DNA of 64,000 nucleotides from Bacilli bacterium (GTDB lineage Bacteria; Bacillota_I; Bacilli_A; RF39; UBA660): NCBI GenBank assembly GCA_017434825.1, contig JAFSGC010000020.1, positions 42,096 to 106,095 of the forward strand, read 5' to 3'. Shown piece by piece: positions 55,341 to 64,000 of this stretch (position 1 is its first letter; each line of letters starts with the position of its first letter). The notes under the pieces were generated by a model. It saw only the letters and a program-made list of their open reading frames with translations, ran no database searches and was not told where the DNA came from. The position numbers and the translations under genes were made by a program.

Positions 55341-57727
55341 TTCCCTTTTTTTGCTTTTTTAATTTCTTTTTCCCAAGTCCAGTTTCTAACTTCTGGCATA
55401 TCAACACCATACTCTTGGATGTATTCATTATGTTCTACTAGTTTATCTTTACACCATTGAACTAATCTTGCTCCACGATTTTGTAATTTTGGAATATACT
55501 TAACAGCATCCATTACTAAGTGATATCTATCAAGTTCATTTTGAACTCTCATATCAAATGGAGTTGTTATTGTACCTTCTTCTTTATAACCATGAACATG
55601 TAAATCTTGATTATGACGATTATAAGCAAGTTCATGAATTAAAGAACCATATCCATGGAATGCAAAGATAATTGGTTTATCTTTTGTAAAAATAGCATCA
55701 AAATCAGCATCACTTAATCCATGAGGATGTTTGATACTAGGTTGTAATCTCATTAAATCTACAACGTTAACCATTCTGATTGCAATATCAGGAATATTTT
55801 GTCTTAATATTGTAATTGCTGCTAAAACTTCTAATGTTGGGGTATCACCGCAAGCTGCTAATACAACATCAGGTTCCTTATCTTGATCATTACTTGCAAA
55901 ATCCCAAATACCAACACCATTTGTACAATGCTTAACAGCTTCTTCCATTGTCAACCATTGAGGTCTAGGATGTTTAGAAGCTACTATTACATTTATATAA
56001 TTCTTTGTTTTAATACAATGATCAAAACATGAAAGTAAACAGTTAGCATCCGGAGGTAAATACATTCTTACAGTATCAGCCTTTTTAGTAACTAGATGAT
56101 TTAAGAAACCCGGGTCTTGATGAGTATAACCATTATGGTCTTGCTGCCATACATGTGAAGATAATACATAATTTAGTGATGCAATATCCTCTCTCCAAGG
56201 CAATTCTTTTGTAACTTTTAACCATTTAGCATGTTGGCTAGTCATCGAATCAACAACTCTAATGAAAGCTTCATAACTATGCATAAACCCATGACGCCCT
56301 GTAAGAAGATATCCTTCTAAAGCACCTTCACAAAAATGTTCTGATAAATATGAATCTAATACTCTACCATCTGTAGCTAGATATTCATCATCTGCATTCA
56401 TAAAAGCATTCCAACTTCTTTTTTCTTCTTCAAAAACATGATTTAAACGATTAGATAGAGCTTCATCTGGTCCAAACAATCTAAAGTTTCTATTTTCTTT
56501 ATTAAGCTTAAAGACATCTCTAATATAGTGTCCTAGTTCCATCATGTCTTGAGCTTCAACACTACCAGGAACATTAAACTTAACTGCATAATCTCTAAAA
56601 TTAGGAGTTCTTAAATCTTTAAGTAACTCTCCTCCATTTGCATGAGGATTTGCTCCCATTCTACGATTTCCTGTAGGAGCTAATTCTTTTAATTCAGGAA
56701 TTAGTCTTCCTTTTTTATCAAATAATTCTTCTGGTTTATAACTCTTTAACCATTTTTCTAATAATTTAACATTTTCTTCTTTTTCAAATGCACTAATTGG
56801 AATTTGATGTGCTCTAAATGTATTTTCAATTTTTTTACTTTCTACTTCTTTTGGCCCAGTCCATCCTTTTGGAGTTCTTAAAACTATCATCGGCCATTTA
56901 ATATTAGCTAAAGCCTTTTCAGTTCCAAATTTCTTTATTAATCTTATTTCAACTACAACTCTATCTAATGCTTCAGCCATCTTACGATGCATTTCCATAG
57001 GATCTGTACCCTCAACAAAGTATGGGTGCCATCCTAATCCTTTAAAATAATTTTCCAATTCTTCATGTGATATTCTTGCTAAAACTGTTGGATTAGCAAT
57101 CTTATATCCATTTAAATGCAATATCGGAAGTACAACACCATCTGTCTTCGGATTTAAAAATTTATTTAAACGCCAAGATGTTGCAAGTGGACCTGTTTCT
57201 GCTTCCCCATCACCAACTACACAAGCTGCAATTAAGCTAGGATTATCTAAAACTGCACCAAAAGCATGAGATAAACTATAACCTAGTTCTCCCCCTTCAT
57301 TAATTGATCCTGGAGTTTCCGGCGCAACATGTGAGGATACTCCCTTTGGGAAACTAAATTGTTTAAATAATTTTTGCATTCCAGCTTCATCCTCAGTAAT
57401 ATTCGGATATACTTCAGTATAGCTACCTTCTAAATAAGTATTAGCTACCATAGCATTTCCACCATGACCTGGGCCAGAAATATAAATCATATTTAAGTCA
57501 TGTTCTTTGATAATTCGATTCAAATGAACATAAATAAAGTTTTGTCCTGGAACAGTTCCCCAGTGACCAACAACCTTTTTCTTTATATCTTTAACTTCTA
57601 ATTTTCTTTTTAAAAGCGGATTATCAAGTAAGTATAATTGTCCAACTGATAAATAGTTAGTTGCACGGAAATACGCATCCATCTTTTGAAGCAATTCATC
57701 ACTAATAACGTTATTCATAACTAGCAT
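55337..57727 (-). CDS. xfp: xylulose-5-phosphate/fructose-6-phosphate phosphoketolase
   Basis: 796 aa. Phosphoketolase signatures [15 protein letters not shown] and [11 protein letters not shown]; full-length collinearity. Confidence 0.95.
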
Positions 57728-57774
57728 CCCTCTATTCTATTAAAATTATATATCAAAATAGAAATTAACTCAAT

Positions 57775-57800
57775 TAAAAATATACTTTAATAAAGTATAT
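57775..57800 (-). terminator. terminator closing the small-protein operon
   Basis: 9-bp stem atatacttt/aaagtatat (57780-57788, 57792-57800), T-run on the minus strand, immediately after the stop at 57802. Confidence 0.6.
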
Positions 57801-57801
57801 T

Positions 57802-58110
57802 CTATTTAATTAATCTTTCTCTTTCCTTCATTTTACTTTTGTCAATTGCATTAATTGAAGTTCTTATATCAGATTCTAAAACATCAAAATTAGTGTCAAC
57901 CTTTTTAGCTGCAGCCATTATATTTTGCAACTCTTTATTATATGAATTTATAGTATTATCTAAACGATTCAAATAGCCTCGATAAGCAAACAAAAGAGGA
58001 ATATCAAAATTTGTATATGAAACCGCTGAATTTAAATATCCTTGTAACTCAGAAATATCTAAATAACAAGTTTTATATAGTCCATCTTCGGGATATTTTA
58101 TTGCAGTCAT
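57802..58110 (-). CDS. small helical protein S6 of the T7SS-linked operon (no WXG)
   Basis: 102 aa. ATG overlaps the stop of S5 (TAATG). Confidence 0.55.
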   Translation of the reverse strand: MTAIKYPEDGLYKTCYLDISELQGYLNSAVSYTNFDIPLLFAYRGYLNRLDNTINSYNKELQNIMAAAKKVDTNFDVLESDIRTSINAIDKSKMKERERLIK

Positions 58111-58415
58111 TATATTCCCTTTCCTAATTCATCTTCACGATTTAATTTAGCTTGCCTTTCAAAATCATCCGCTATCGTACTTATTTGCTTTGCATAACTT
58201 CTAAGCTGACTTCCCACATTCATATAATCACTTTTTTCAAAAGATACAATATTAAAATATTTTTCAGCTTCGCCACCAACCCATTCTTTGGTAACGGTAG
58301 GTACTTCAGAAAATCTTTTAAAAAGCTTAGTTATTTCCATTTCATATTCAGTTGCTAATTTAACAATATTACTTGCAGATTCTTTCATTTTTTGACTATT
58401 AATATTACTTACCAT
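58110..58415 (-). CDS. WXG100-family protein S5
   Basis: 101 aa, central WVGGEAEKYF (W-x-G) between two predicted helices. Confidence 0.7.
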   Translation of the reverse strand: MVSNINSQKMKESASNIVKLATEYEMEITKLFKRFSEVPTVTKEWVGGEAEKYFNIVSFEKSDYMNVGSQLRSYAKQISTIADDFERQAKLNREDELGKGI

Positions 58416-58424
58416 ACTTTCCCC

Positions 58425-58733
58425 CTAAAATATATTGGCGGCAGCTTCAAGCAATTGACGTGTCTTACGTAAACGATTAATACATTCATCTATATTTGGA
58501 ATTATAGTATATTTTAAATAATTAGAAGTTTTATGAACATCATCTTTGAGATCAGTAATTCTTTTTGAAATATTTGTTTTTTCATTATCTACTAAATATG
58601 CACCGTTAATCTTTTTTTCAAATTCTTCGGATTTAGAATCATATTTTTCTAGATAAACTATGATACTCTTAACTCTATTTCTTAAAGATTGATATCTTCG
58701 AATATCATAATCACATTCCTCAATAGGTGTCAT
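58425..58733 (-). CDS. small helical protein S4 (no WXG)
   Basis: 102 aa, starting 9 nt upstream of the S5 start. Confidence 0.55.
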   Translation of the reverse strand: MTPIEECDYDIRRYQSLRNRVKSIIVYLEKYDSKSEEFEKKINGAYLVDNEKTNISKRITDLKDDVHKTSNYLKYTIIPNIDECINRLRKTRQLLEAAANIF

Positions 58734-58766
58734 AAAACCCCTCCTTTATTTAAAATTTACAAAGAA

Positions 58767-59240
58767 TTAATCAATTCTAATTGATTGTGCTTGTGCTCTA
58801 ACATCTGCAGCATCTGCTGTAACATCTTGAGAAATATCTGAAGCAGCAGCTTTGTAATTATTGTATGCATTTGTAGCATCTTCAATAGATACCTTCATTG
58901 TAGATACATAAGCTTGAAGAATTTGTTTGATTGCTCTAATAAATTCTCTAGCAGCAGTTTGGATTTCACCTTTATAAGCGTTACTGATATTTCCTTCTTC
59001 ATCAAATGTAGCAATTTGTTCTTCAATTGCGTCACAATAAGTTTTTAATGCAGCTTTAATATCTTCTACTCCAGATTCACTAATACCAGCAAATCCACCA
59101 CTCCAAAGATTTGAAAAGCCAGTAGTTACTGAACCAACAACATTTTCTAATTGTGTTTTAGCACCTGAAAATAGATTTTCAAACCAATTTTCTACATCGT
59201 TACCAATATTATCAAAAAATGAACTTAAACTTATTCCCAT
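58767..59240 (-). CDS. 157-aa protein S3: Gly/aromatic-rich N-terminus plus a WXG100-like helical hairpin with YKG in place of WXG
   Basis: N-terminus GISLSSFFDNIGNDVENWFENLFSGA...GFSNLWSGGFAGI. C-half is helix-NAYKGE-helix. Confidence 0.55.
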   Translation of the reverse strand: MGISLSSFFDNIGNDVENWFENLFSGAKTQLENVVGSVTTGFSNLWSGGFAGISESGVEDIKAALKTYCDAIEEQIATFDEEGNISNAYKGEIQTAAREFIRAIKQILQAYVSTMKVSIEDATNAYNNYKAAASDISQDVTADAADVRAQAQSIRID

Positions 59241-59242
59241 TT

Positions 59243-59560
59243 TTAATTACCTCTCTTTGCAATTAGTGATTTATCCATTTCAGACATCTTATTAACAATT
59301 TCTGTTAATTCACCTTTTAGAATTCCAAAAGCTTCATCTAAAGCTGCACAAATTCTATCTTTGTCAGCCTCCATGTTCTTTTTGAATTGATCAGCTGAAG
59401 CACCAACCCATCCAGCATCTACAGTACTTCTTAAATCACTCATTCTTGTTCTCATTGTAGATTTTGTATCTTCGATACATTTTGTGTTTAGGTTATTTAG
59501 TGCATTTTGCACTTCATTAGCATTATAACCTATAGTGGCATTTTCAATATTTAAAGCCAT
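59243..59560 (-). CDS. WXG100-family protein S2
   Basis: 105 aa, central GWVGASADQF (W-x-G). Confidence 0.75.
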   Translation of the reverse strand: MALNIENATIGYNANEVQNALNNLNTKCIEDTKSTMRTRMSDLRSTVDAGWVGASADQFKKNMEADKDRICAALDEAFGILKGELTEIVNKMSEMDKSLIAKRGN

Positions 59561-59574
59561 AAACGAACACCTCC

Positions 59575-59910
59575 TTATATTTTCACTTGTTTCGCTTTTA
59601 ACAACATATCTTCAGTAGCATTAACAAACATGGTTGATAAATATTTAGCATTTTCCTGAAGTTTTTGGATAAGCGCAATAAAGTCATCTGAATAGGAATT
59701 TATATTATTTTTCACCACTAAATAATTAGCTCGAAAAGTTCTATACGAATTCATTAATTGATCATAGGAGTTGCATACCATGTTTCCTTTTAATAATTCA
59801 AATTCTTCATCAACCTTATCAAAAATTCCCATGATTCTTTCGCTATAATCCATTACTTCTAAACAAAGTTCTTTAAGCTCTTCTTCATTAATTCCAGTTA
59901 CAACGTCCAA
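59575..59910 (-). CDS. small helical protein S1 (no WXG)
   Basis: 111 aa. TTG start 8 nt after GGAG. First gene after the 59994-60021 terminator. Confidence 0.5.
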   Translation of the reverse strand: MDVVTGINEEELKELCLEVMDYSERIMGIFDKVDEEFELLKGNMVCNSYDQLMNSYRTFRANYLVVKNNINSYSDDFIALIQKLQENAKYLSTMFVNATEDMLLKAKQVKI

Positions 59911-59993
59911 ATAAATATCTCCTTTCTATTAATGTTACCATTAATATGGCTTATGAGCACATACCATATACTCTATAATAAGAGTATCACACT

Positions 59994-60021
59994 AAAAAAA
60001 AGCAGTCAATTCCTTGACTAC
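59994..60021 (-). terminator. rho-independent terminator between the esaB-like gene and the small-protein operon
   Basis: Minus strand: GTAGTCAA-ggaa-TTGACTGC followed by eight T. Confidence 0.7.
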
Positions 60022-60031
60022 TTCTTTACAG

Positions 60032-60280
60032 TTAATATAATATCAACTCTGTCCCATTTCGGATATCCGTATTTCTAACAATCAATCCCTTTTCGTATAA
60101 AATATTCTTTCTTCTATTATATAAATTAGGATTATCAATTTGAACACCTGGTAATTTTTCTTCTACTATTTGCATAATTAATTGCAACACTTCATAAATA
60201 GTTTTATTTACAGGGATATATAATTCATACGTTTTTTCTGCCTCAGGAATATATAGATTTATAAGTACTTTAAATTCCAT
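60032..60280 (-). CDS. esaB: YukD/EsaB-like ubiquitin-fold type VII secretion protein
   Basis: 82 aa directly downstream of essC, sharing 1 nt with it. Pattern ...YELYIPVNKTIYEV...IRNGTELILY parallels YukD/EsaB. Confidence 0.7.
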   Translation of the reverse strand: MEFKVLINLYIPEAEKTYELYIPVNKTIYEVLQLIMQIVEEKLPGVQIDNPNLYNRRKNILYEKGLIVRNTDIRNGTELILY

Positions 60281-63200
60281 TAATCATCACCATCCATAAC
60301 CGTTTTAATAACAGTATACTCACCATTAGTAATGGTATATGCTAAACCGGCATAATCATATTTTTTATCCTCTGCAGACACTTCATTCGAAGACAGCAAA
60401 CTTTGACTATGGAATCCAGGACCCAACCAAATACCGCGTGTAGTATCAAATGAATTAAACCATGGTTCTAATTTTAAGGTACGCAATTTATCATAGTCAT
60501 CAATTAAGATAAACAAATTTTGTTTTGAAGCAGGAATGTTATTAATCATATTATTGAATATTTCTACGCCAGCTTTCTTTAGTTTTTTCTTAAATTGACC
60601 AGCACCAATAATAATATTTATTCCCATACCTTGAGTTTCATTTCTAGTTAAAACATCATTTTCTAAAGCGGCAATAACAGGGTCAAAATCTTCTTTAAAT
60701 AGTTTTATATCTAAAATTGGTTTATTAAATATACCTAACATATCTACGATTCTTACACTACTATTTTGCATTTTAGTAAATATTGAAGCAAGTCCATATA
60801 AAAATGGCACATTCTTTTTAATATCTTTACCAGTAACTAACAATACTTTACTACCGGAAAAGTCATACTTCGCAACATCTTTTTCATAGAAATTATATCC
60901 AATAGGAACTGATGTAATATCAGTAATTAAACTTGTTAAATCCTCAGAAGTTACATTATCAGGGATTTGAGCAAGTTGTTTCGCTTTATAATTATAGTGT
61001 TGAACTAACTGCTCTGCTACACTTTTAATATATGCATATTCTTGTTCTTTTGGAACAATAGATGCAGTTTGAAATTCACAATAAGAATCATCATCATGTC
61101 CAATCTTACAAATTCCACGACCAACAAACCTTGATGGCATTAATCCACGACGACAGTTAGTCATTGCTCTATATGAACCTTCATCTTGCATTTGAAGAAC
61201 TATCATATGATTAAAATGTTGAACTTGACGAGATCTAATAGCACCATTAGTAGAGGCACTAACAATAAAGACAATTCCATATCGTGGAGCATCTCTAAAT
61301 AGATTTGTTATTATATCTACAAACTTTGGTATAGCTTCTTGGAAAACATCAAATCCATTGATAACAACATTAATTAAAGGAACTTCACTACCACTCATTT
61401 TATTATACATCGTAAATGATCCATCATACTCAGAGAATAATTCTTTTCTTCTTTCTAATTCCTCTAAAATAATACCCATTACACCAAGAACTCTACTCAT
61501 ATCATCTTGGAATACAACTTCGCCAACATGAGGGAACTTAGCAAATTTCTTTAATGTTTCTGCCCCAAAATCAATAATATAATAGTTGATTTCTTGAGGG
61601 GTATGTTCAATTATACTTGACCAAATAATTGTTGATAATAACATTTCTTTACCAGAACCGGTTTGTCCTACAATTCCAATATTCCCTTCAGCTAAATCTA
61701 TTGTTAACAAGCCTTGTTTTTGTTGGCGAGGTTCATCGTACTCACCAATTGGAGTTGTAAAATTCATTCTTGAATATTTATGACCATATCGAGATACTAA
61801 ATCGCTTAAATAAGAAACCGGTTTTACATTAGGAAGCCATAGTTGATTTCCATAGACTAATTCCTTTTTAGAAATATCATTTATATATTTGATAATATTT
61901 AAAAGTTCTTCGCCTTGACTCGCAACCTTTTTTTCTGCAGGAACTTCAAAGTCGTAATTACTAATTGTTCTTCCTATGTTATCAATATGTTGAATTGATT
62001 GGTCGACTTTTCTTAATAAAATATCTGAAGGATAGTATTTTGCTCCAGCCCATGCTGACTGTCCTAAATTATAATAATCATCATTTCCTACACTTAAGTA
62101 GAAAGCTCCTGTTTGTTTTAAGTAAGCAGCATCTGGCTTTTTTAAGATTTCGTTTGAATCACCTTTATCTTGTACTTTCAAACAAACTTTAAATTTGGAG
62201 TTAGACCAAATTTGATCATTAACTACACCACTAGGTTTTTGAGTAGCTAGAATCAAGTGAACACCTAAGGAACGACCAATACGCGAAGTAGAAATTAACT
62301 GTTCCATAAATTCAGGTTGTTGTTGTTTTAATTCTGCGAACTCATCACAAATAATTAACAAATGACTAAGTGGAATATCAACCATACCCTTACGATAAAA
62401 CTGTTGATATTTATAAATATTCATCGAACTTTCTTTTAATTTTTCTCGAGCTTCATTAAAGATACTTTGTCTTCTTTTTAGCTCTGATTCTATTGATGCT
62501 ATTGAACGATTAATTTCAGATTTATCTAAGTTAGTAATTGTCCCTGCTAAATGCGGCAGTTTAATTCCCATTTCAGAATTTTCAAAACTTAATGCTAAGC
62601 CACCACCCTTGTAGTCAATTAATACAAATTGAACCTCATCTGGATGATAATTTACCGCTAAAGATAATATAAATGTTATTATCCATTCTGATTTACCAGA
62701 ACCAGTAGTTCCTGCAACTAATCCATGTGGACCATATGCTTTTTCATGAATGTCCATCTTAAAGATTTCGCCATTTTGATCGATACCAATTGGAACTGCT
62801 AAAGTATTTACAGGATTATTATTTTTCCAACGTTCACGACAATTTAATTGTTCAACTTTACCTACACCATACATTTCTAAGAATGATAAGCTACTAGGCA
62901 ATTCGTATTTTGCTTTTTCGATGTGAATTGGAATATTAGCTAATTTTACTGCACAATCATATAAATCAATTCCACCATTTCCATCGGCCACAAATTGACT
63001 TTGATTATTTGTATTTAATTCATTTGTTATTAAACCAGATACTTGATCACCAATATTAATAAAAGTCTTTGTTTCACTTGGTAATGTTGATAATTGTTCA
63101 TTTAACATTAATAAACTAAATCCCATATTCTTTTTATGCTTTAGAATTTTCTTTATTAAAGGAACATTTCTAACACTCTCTATGTTATCTGTAAAAACTA

Positions 63201-64000
63201 AATAATAAGGTTTAAATGTCTTATATACATCGCGAATTTCTTCTTCGCCATCTTCGCCTTCAACAATCTTTTTACTTTCAATAACTCTTTCATCAAATTC
63301 TTTTTCTAAATCCCCTGCTACAACAGAAACTTCTTCAGAATTTGTAGCAAAGTAACGAATCGTTTTTGGGTTATTCCAACAATGAGGAAGAATTTTTAAA
63401 TAATCCCATTTATTTGCATCATCAGTAAATATTACTATTTTTAATTCTGTATAAGAATGAAACGTCATTATTTGTAAGAAAATATTATCAATAACATTTT
63501 TTGTTAAGTAGTTTTTTCCTACAACCGCAGAGATTGAATTAGTAGTTAAGTTAACTCCTAAAGGTACATTAGGTATTATTAAAGACTGATTTACTAGTTG
63601 TTTCATCGCCAATAATAATTGATCATCACCATCTACTGAAAACTTCTCTTCAGGGAGTGTAATTTTTATCTTAGTAGGAACATTTCCTATACCTAATCTT
63701 ACTTCTAGGAAGTCATCATGTTCAACACCCCTTTGCCATAACTTTCGATCCATTGAATCAATGATTAATTTACAATTTCCTGGAGCTACCAACATCTCAT
63801 TAATAATTTGTTTTTGTTTATTTTGAATAAGAAGTATTTCTTTTGTCTTAGCATCCAAATATTCTTTATATTTAATTTGTCTTTTATTTTCGGCTTTAAT
63901 AGACCTTTTTTTATTAAAATTCCGAGTTAACATTGGCCATAAAAAAGCACTTACCATAGTTATTATAATTGTACATAAAGAAATAATGAATCTACTTGTT
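60280..64000 (-). CDS. essC: type VII secretion FtsK/SpoIIIE-family ATPase EssC (5' end beyond the window)
   Basis: More than 1225 aa. Walker A sites GTTGSGKSE and GQTGSGKEM with matching Walker B segments (LLIICDEF, YYIIDFG). The frame stays open upstream of the tracked ATG to the window edge. Confidence 0.9.
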   Translation of the reverse strand, partial: TSRFIISLCTIIITMVSAFLWPMLTRNFNKKRSIKAENKRQIKYKEYLDAKTKEILLIQNKQKQIINEMLVAPGNCKLIIDSMDRKLWQRGVEHDDFLEVRLGIGNVPTKIKITLPEEKFSVDGDDQLLLAMKQLVNQSLIIPNVPLGVNLTTNSISAVVGKNYLTKNVIDNIFLQIMTFHSYTELKIVIFTDDANKWDYLKILPHCWNNPKTIRYFATNSEEVSVVAGDLEKEFDERVIESKKIVEGEDGEEEIRDVYKTFKPYYLVFTDNIESVRNVPLIKKILKHKKNMGFSLLMLNEQLSTLPSETKTFINIGDQVSGLITNELNTNNQSQFVADGNGGIDLYDCAVKLANIPIHIEKAKYELPSSLSFLEMYGVGKVEQLNCRERWKNNNPVNTLAVPIGIDQNGEIFKMDIHEKAYGPHGLVAGTTGSGKSEWIITFILSLAVNYHPDEVQFVLIDYKGGGLALSFENSEMGIKLPHLAGTITNLDKSEINRSIASIESELKRRQSIFNEAREKLKESSMNIYKYQQFYRKGMVDIPLSHLLIICDEFAELKQQQPEFMEQLISTSRIGRSLGVHLILATQKPSGVVNDQIWSNSKFKVCLKVQDKGDSNEILKKPDAAYLKQTGAFYLSVGNDDYYNLGQSAWAGAKYYPSDILLRKVDQSIQHIDNIGRTISNYDFEVPAEKKVASQGEELLNIIKYINDISKKELVYGNQLWLPNVKPVSYLSDLVSRYGHKYSRMNFTTPIGEYDEPRQQKQGLLTIDLAEGNIGIVGQTGSGKEMLLSTIIWSSIIEHTPQEINYYIIDFGAETLKKFAKFPHVGEVVFQDDMSRVLGVMGIILEELERRKELFSEYDGSFTMYNKMSGSEVPLINVVINGFDVFQEAIPKFVDIITNLFRDAPRYGIVFIVSASTNGAIRSRQVQHFNHMIVLQMQDEGSYRAMTNCRRGLMPSRFVGRGICKIGHDDDSYCEFQTASIVPKEQEYAYIKSVAEQLVQHYNYKAKQLAQIPDNVTSEDLTSLITDITSVPIGYNFYEKDVAKYDFSGSKVLLVTGKDIKKNVPFLYGLASIFTKMQNSSVRIVDMLGIFNKPILDIKLFKEDFDPVIAALENDVLTRNETQGMGINIIIGAGQFKKKLKKAGVEIFNNMINNIPASKQNLFILIDDYDKLRTLKLEPWFNSFDTTRGIWLGPGFHSQSLLSSNEVSAEDKKYDYAGLAYTITNGEYTVIKTVMDGDD

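Overview
AT-rich chromosomal segment from a low-GC, spore-forming Firmicute. Sporulation markers are SpoVS, the dacB-spmA-spmB operon, and YutD/YunB/YutH-like genes in Bacillus-like order. The code is standard: TGA is a real stop for dnaB, spmA and the YunB-like gene. All but nine CDS lie on the minus strand. Housekeeping content: infC-rpmI-rplT, recA, dnaB-dnaI, greA, RNase J, ssb, sufB-like, uppS, uvrB, CBS-type pyrophosphatase, phosphoketolase, acyl-CoA ligase, metal transporters (ZIP, CDF, P-type ATPase) and six tRNA genes. No rRNA, CRISPR array, transposase, integrase or prophage was recognised. Main candidates for a second look: (1) 9.6-13.5 kb, five tandem paralogues with CalY/TasA-type (SipW-class) signal peptides. 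Four of them share a cysteine pair whose second member sits at or next to the C-terminus. No cognate signal peptidase is in the window, so this may be an uncharacterised secreted fibre or surface module. (2) 57.8-64 kb, a partial type VIIb secretion locus: EssC (truncated by the window edge), a YukD/EsaB-like protein, then a separately transcribed run of six small helical proteins, only two with a WXG motif. (3) A protein made of eleven exact 30-residue repeats in a small operon with a lipoprotein and an XRE regulator. (4) A ferredoxin fused to a periodic CxC metallothionein-like tail. (5) A 1.32-kb insertion flanked by 73-bp direct repeats that duplicate the 5' end of dacB. (6) An SDR + SET-domain cassette next to tRNA-Thr, bracketed by a repeated 18-mer. 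(7) L20 with a Rho_N/SAP-like C-terminal extension. (8) A DHH/DHHA1 phosphoesterase broken by one in-frame TGA at a conserved glycine. (9) Candidate RNA leaders: an L20-type attenuator with a non-AUG infC start, and a yybP-ykoY-like leader ahead of the P-type ATPase. All family assignments come from motif recognition by eye; no database search was run.
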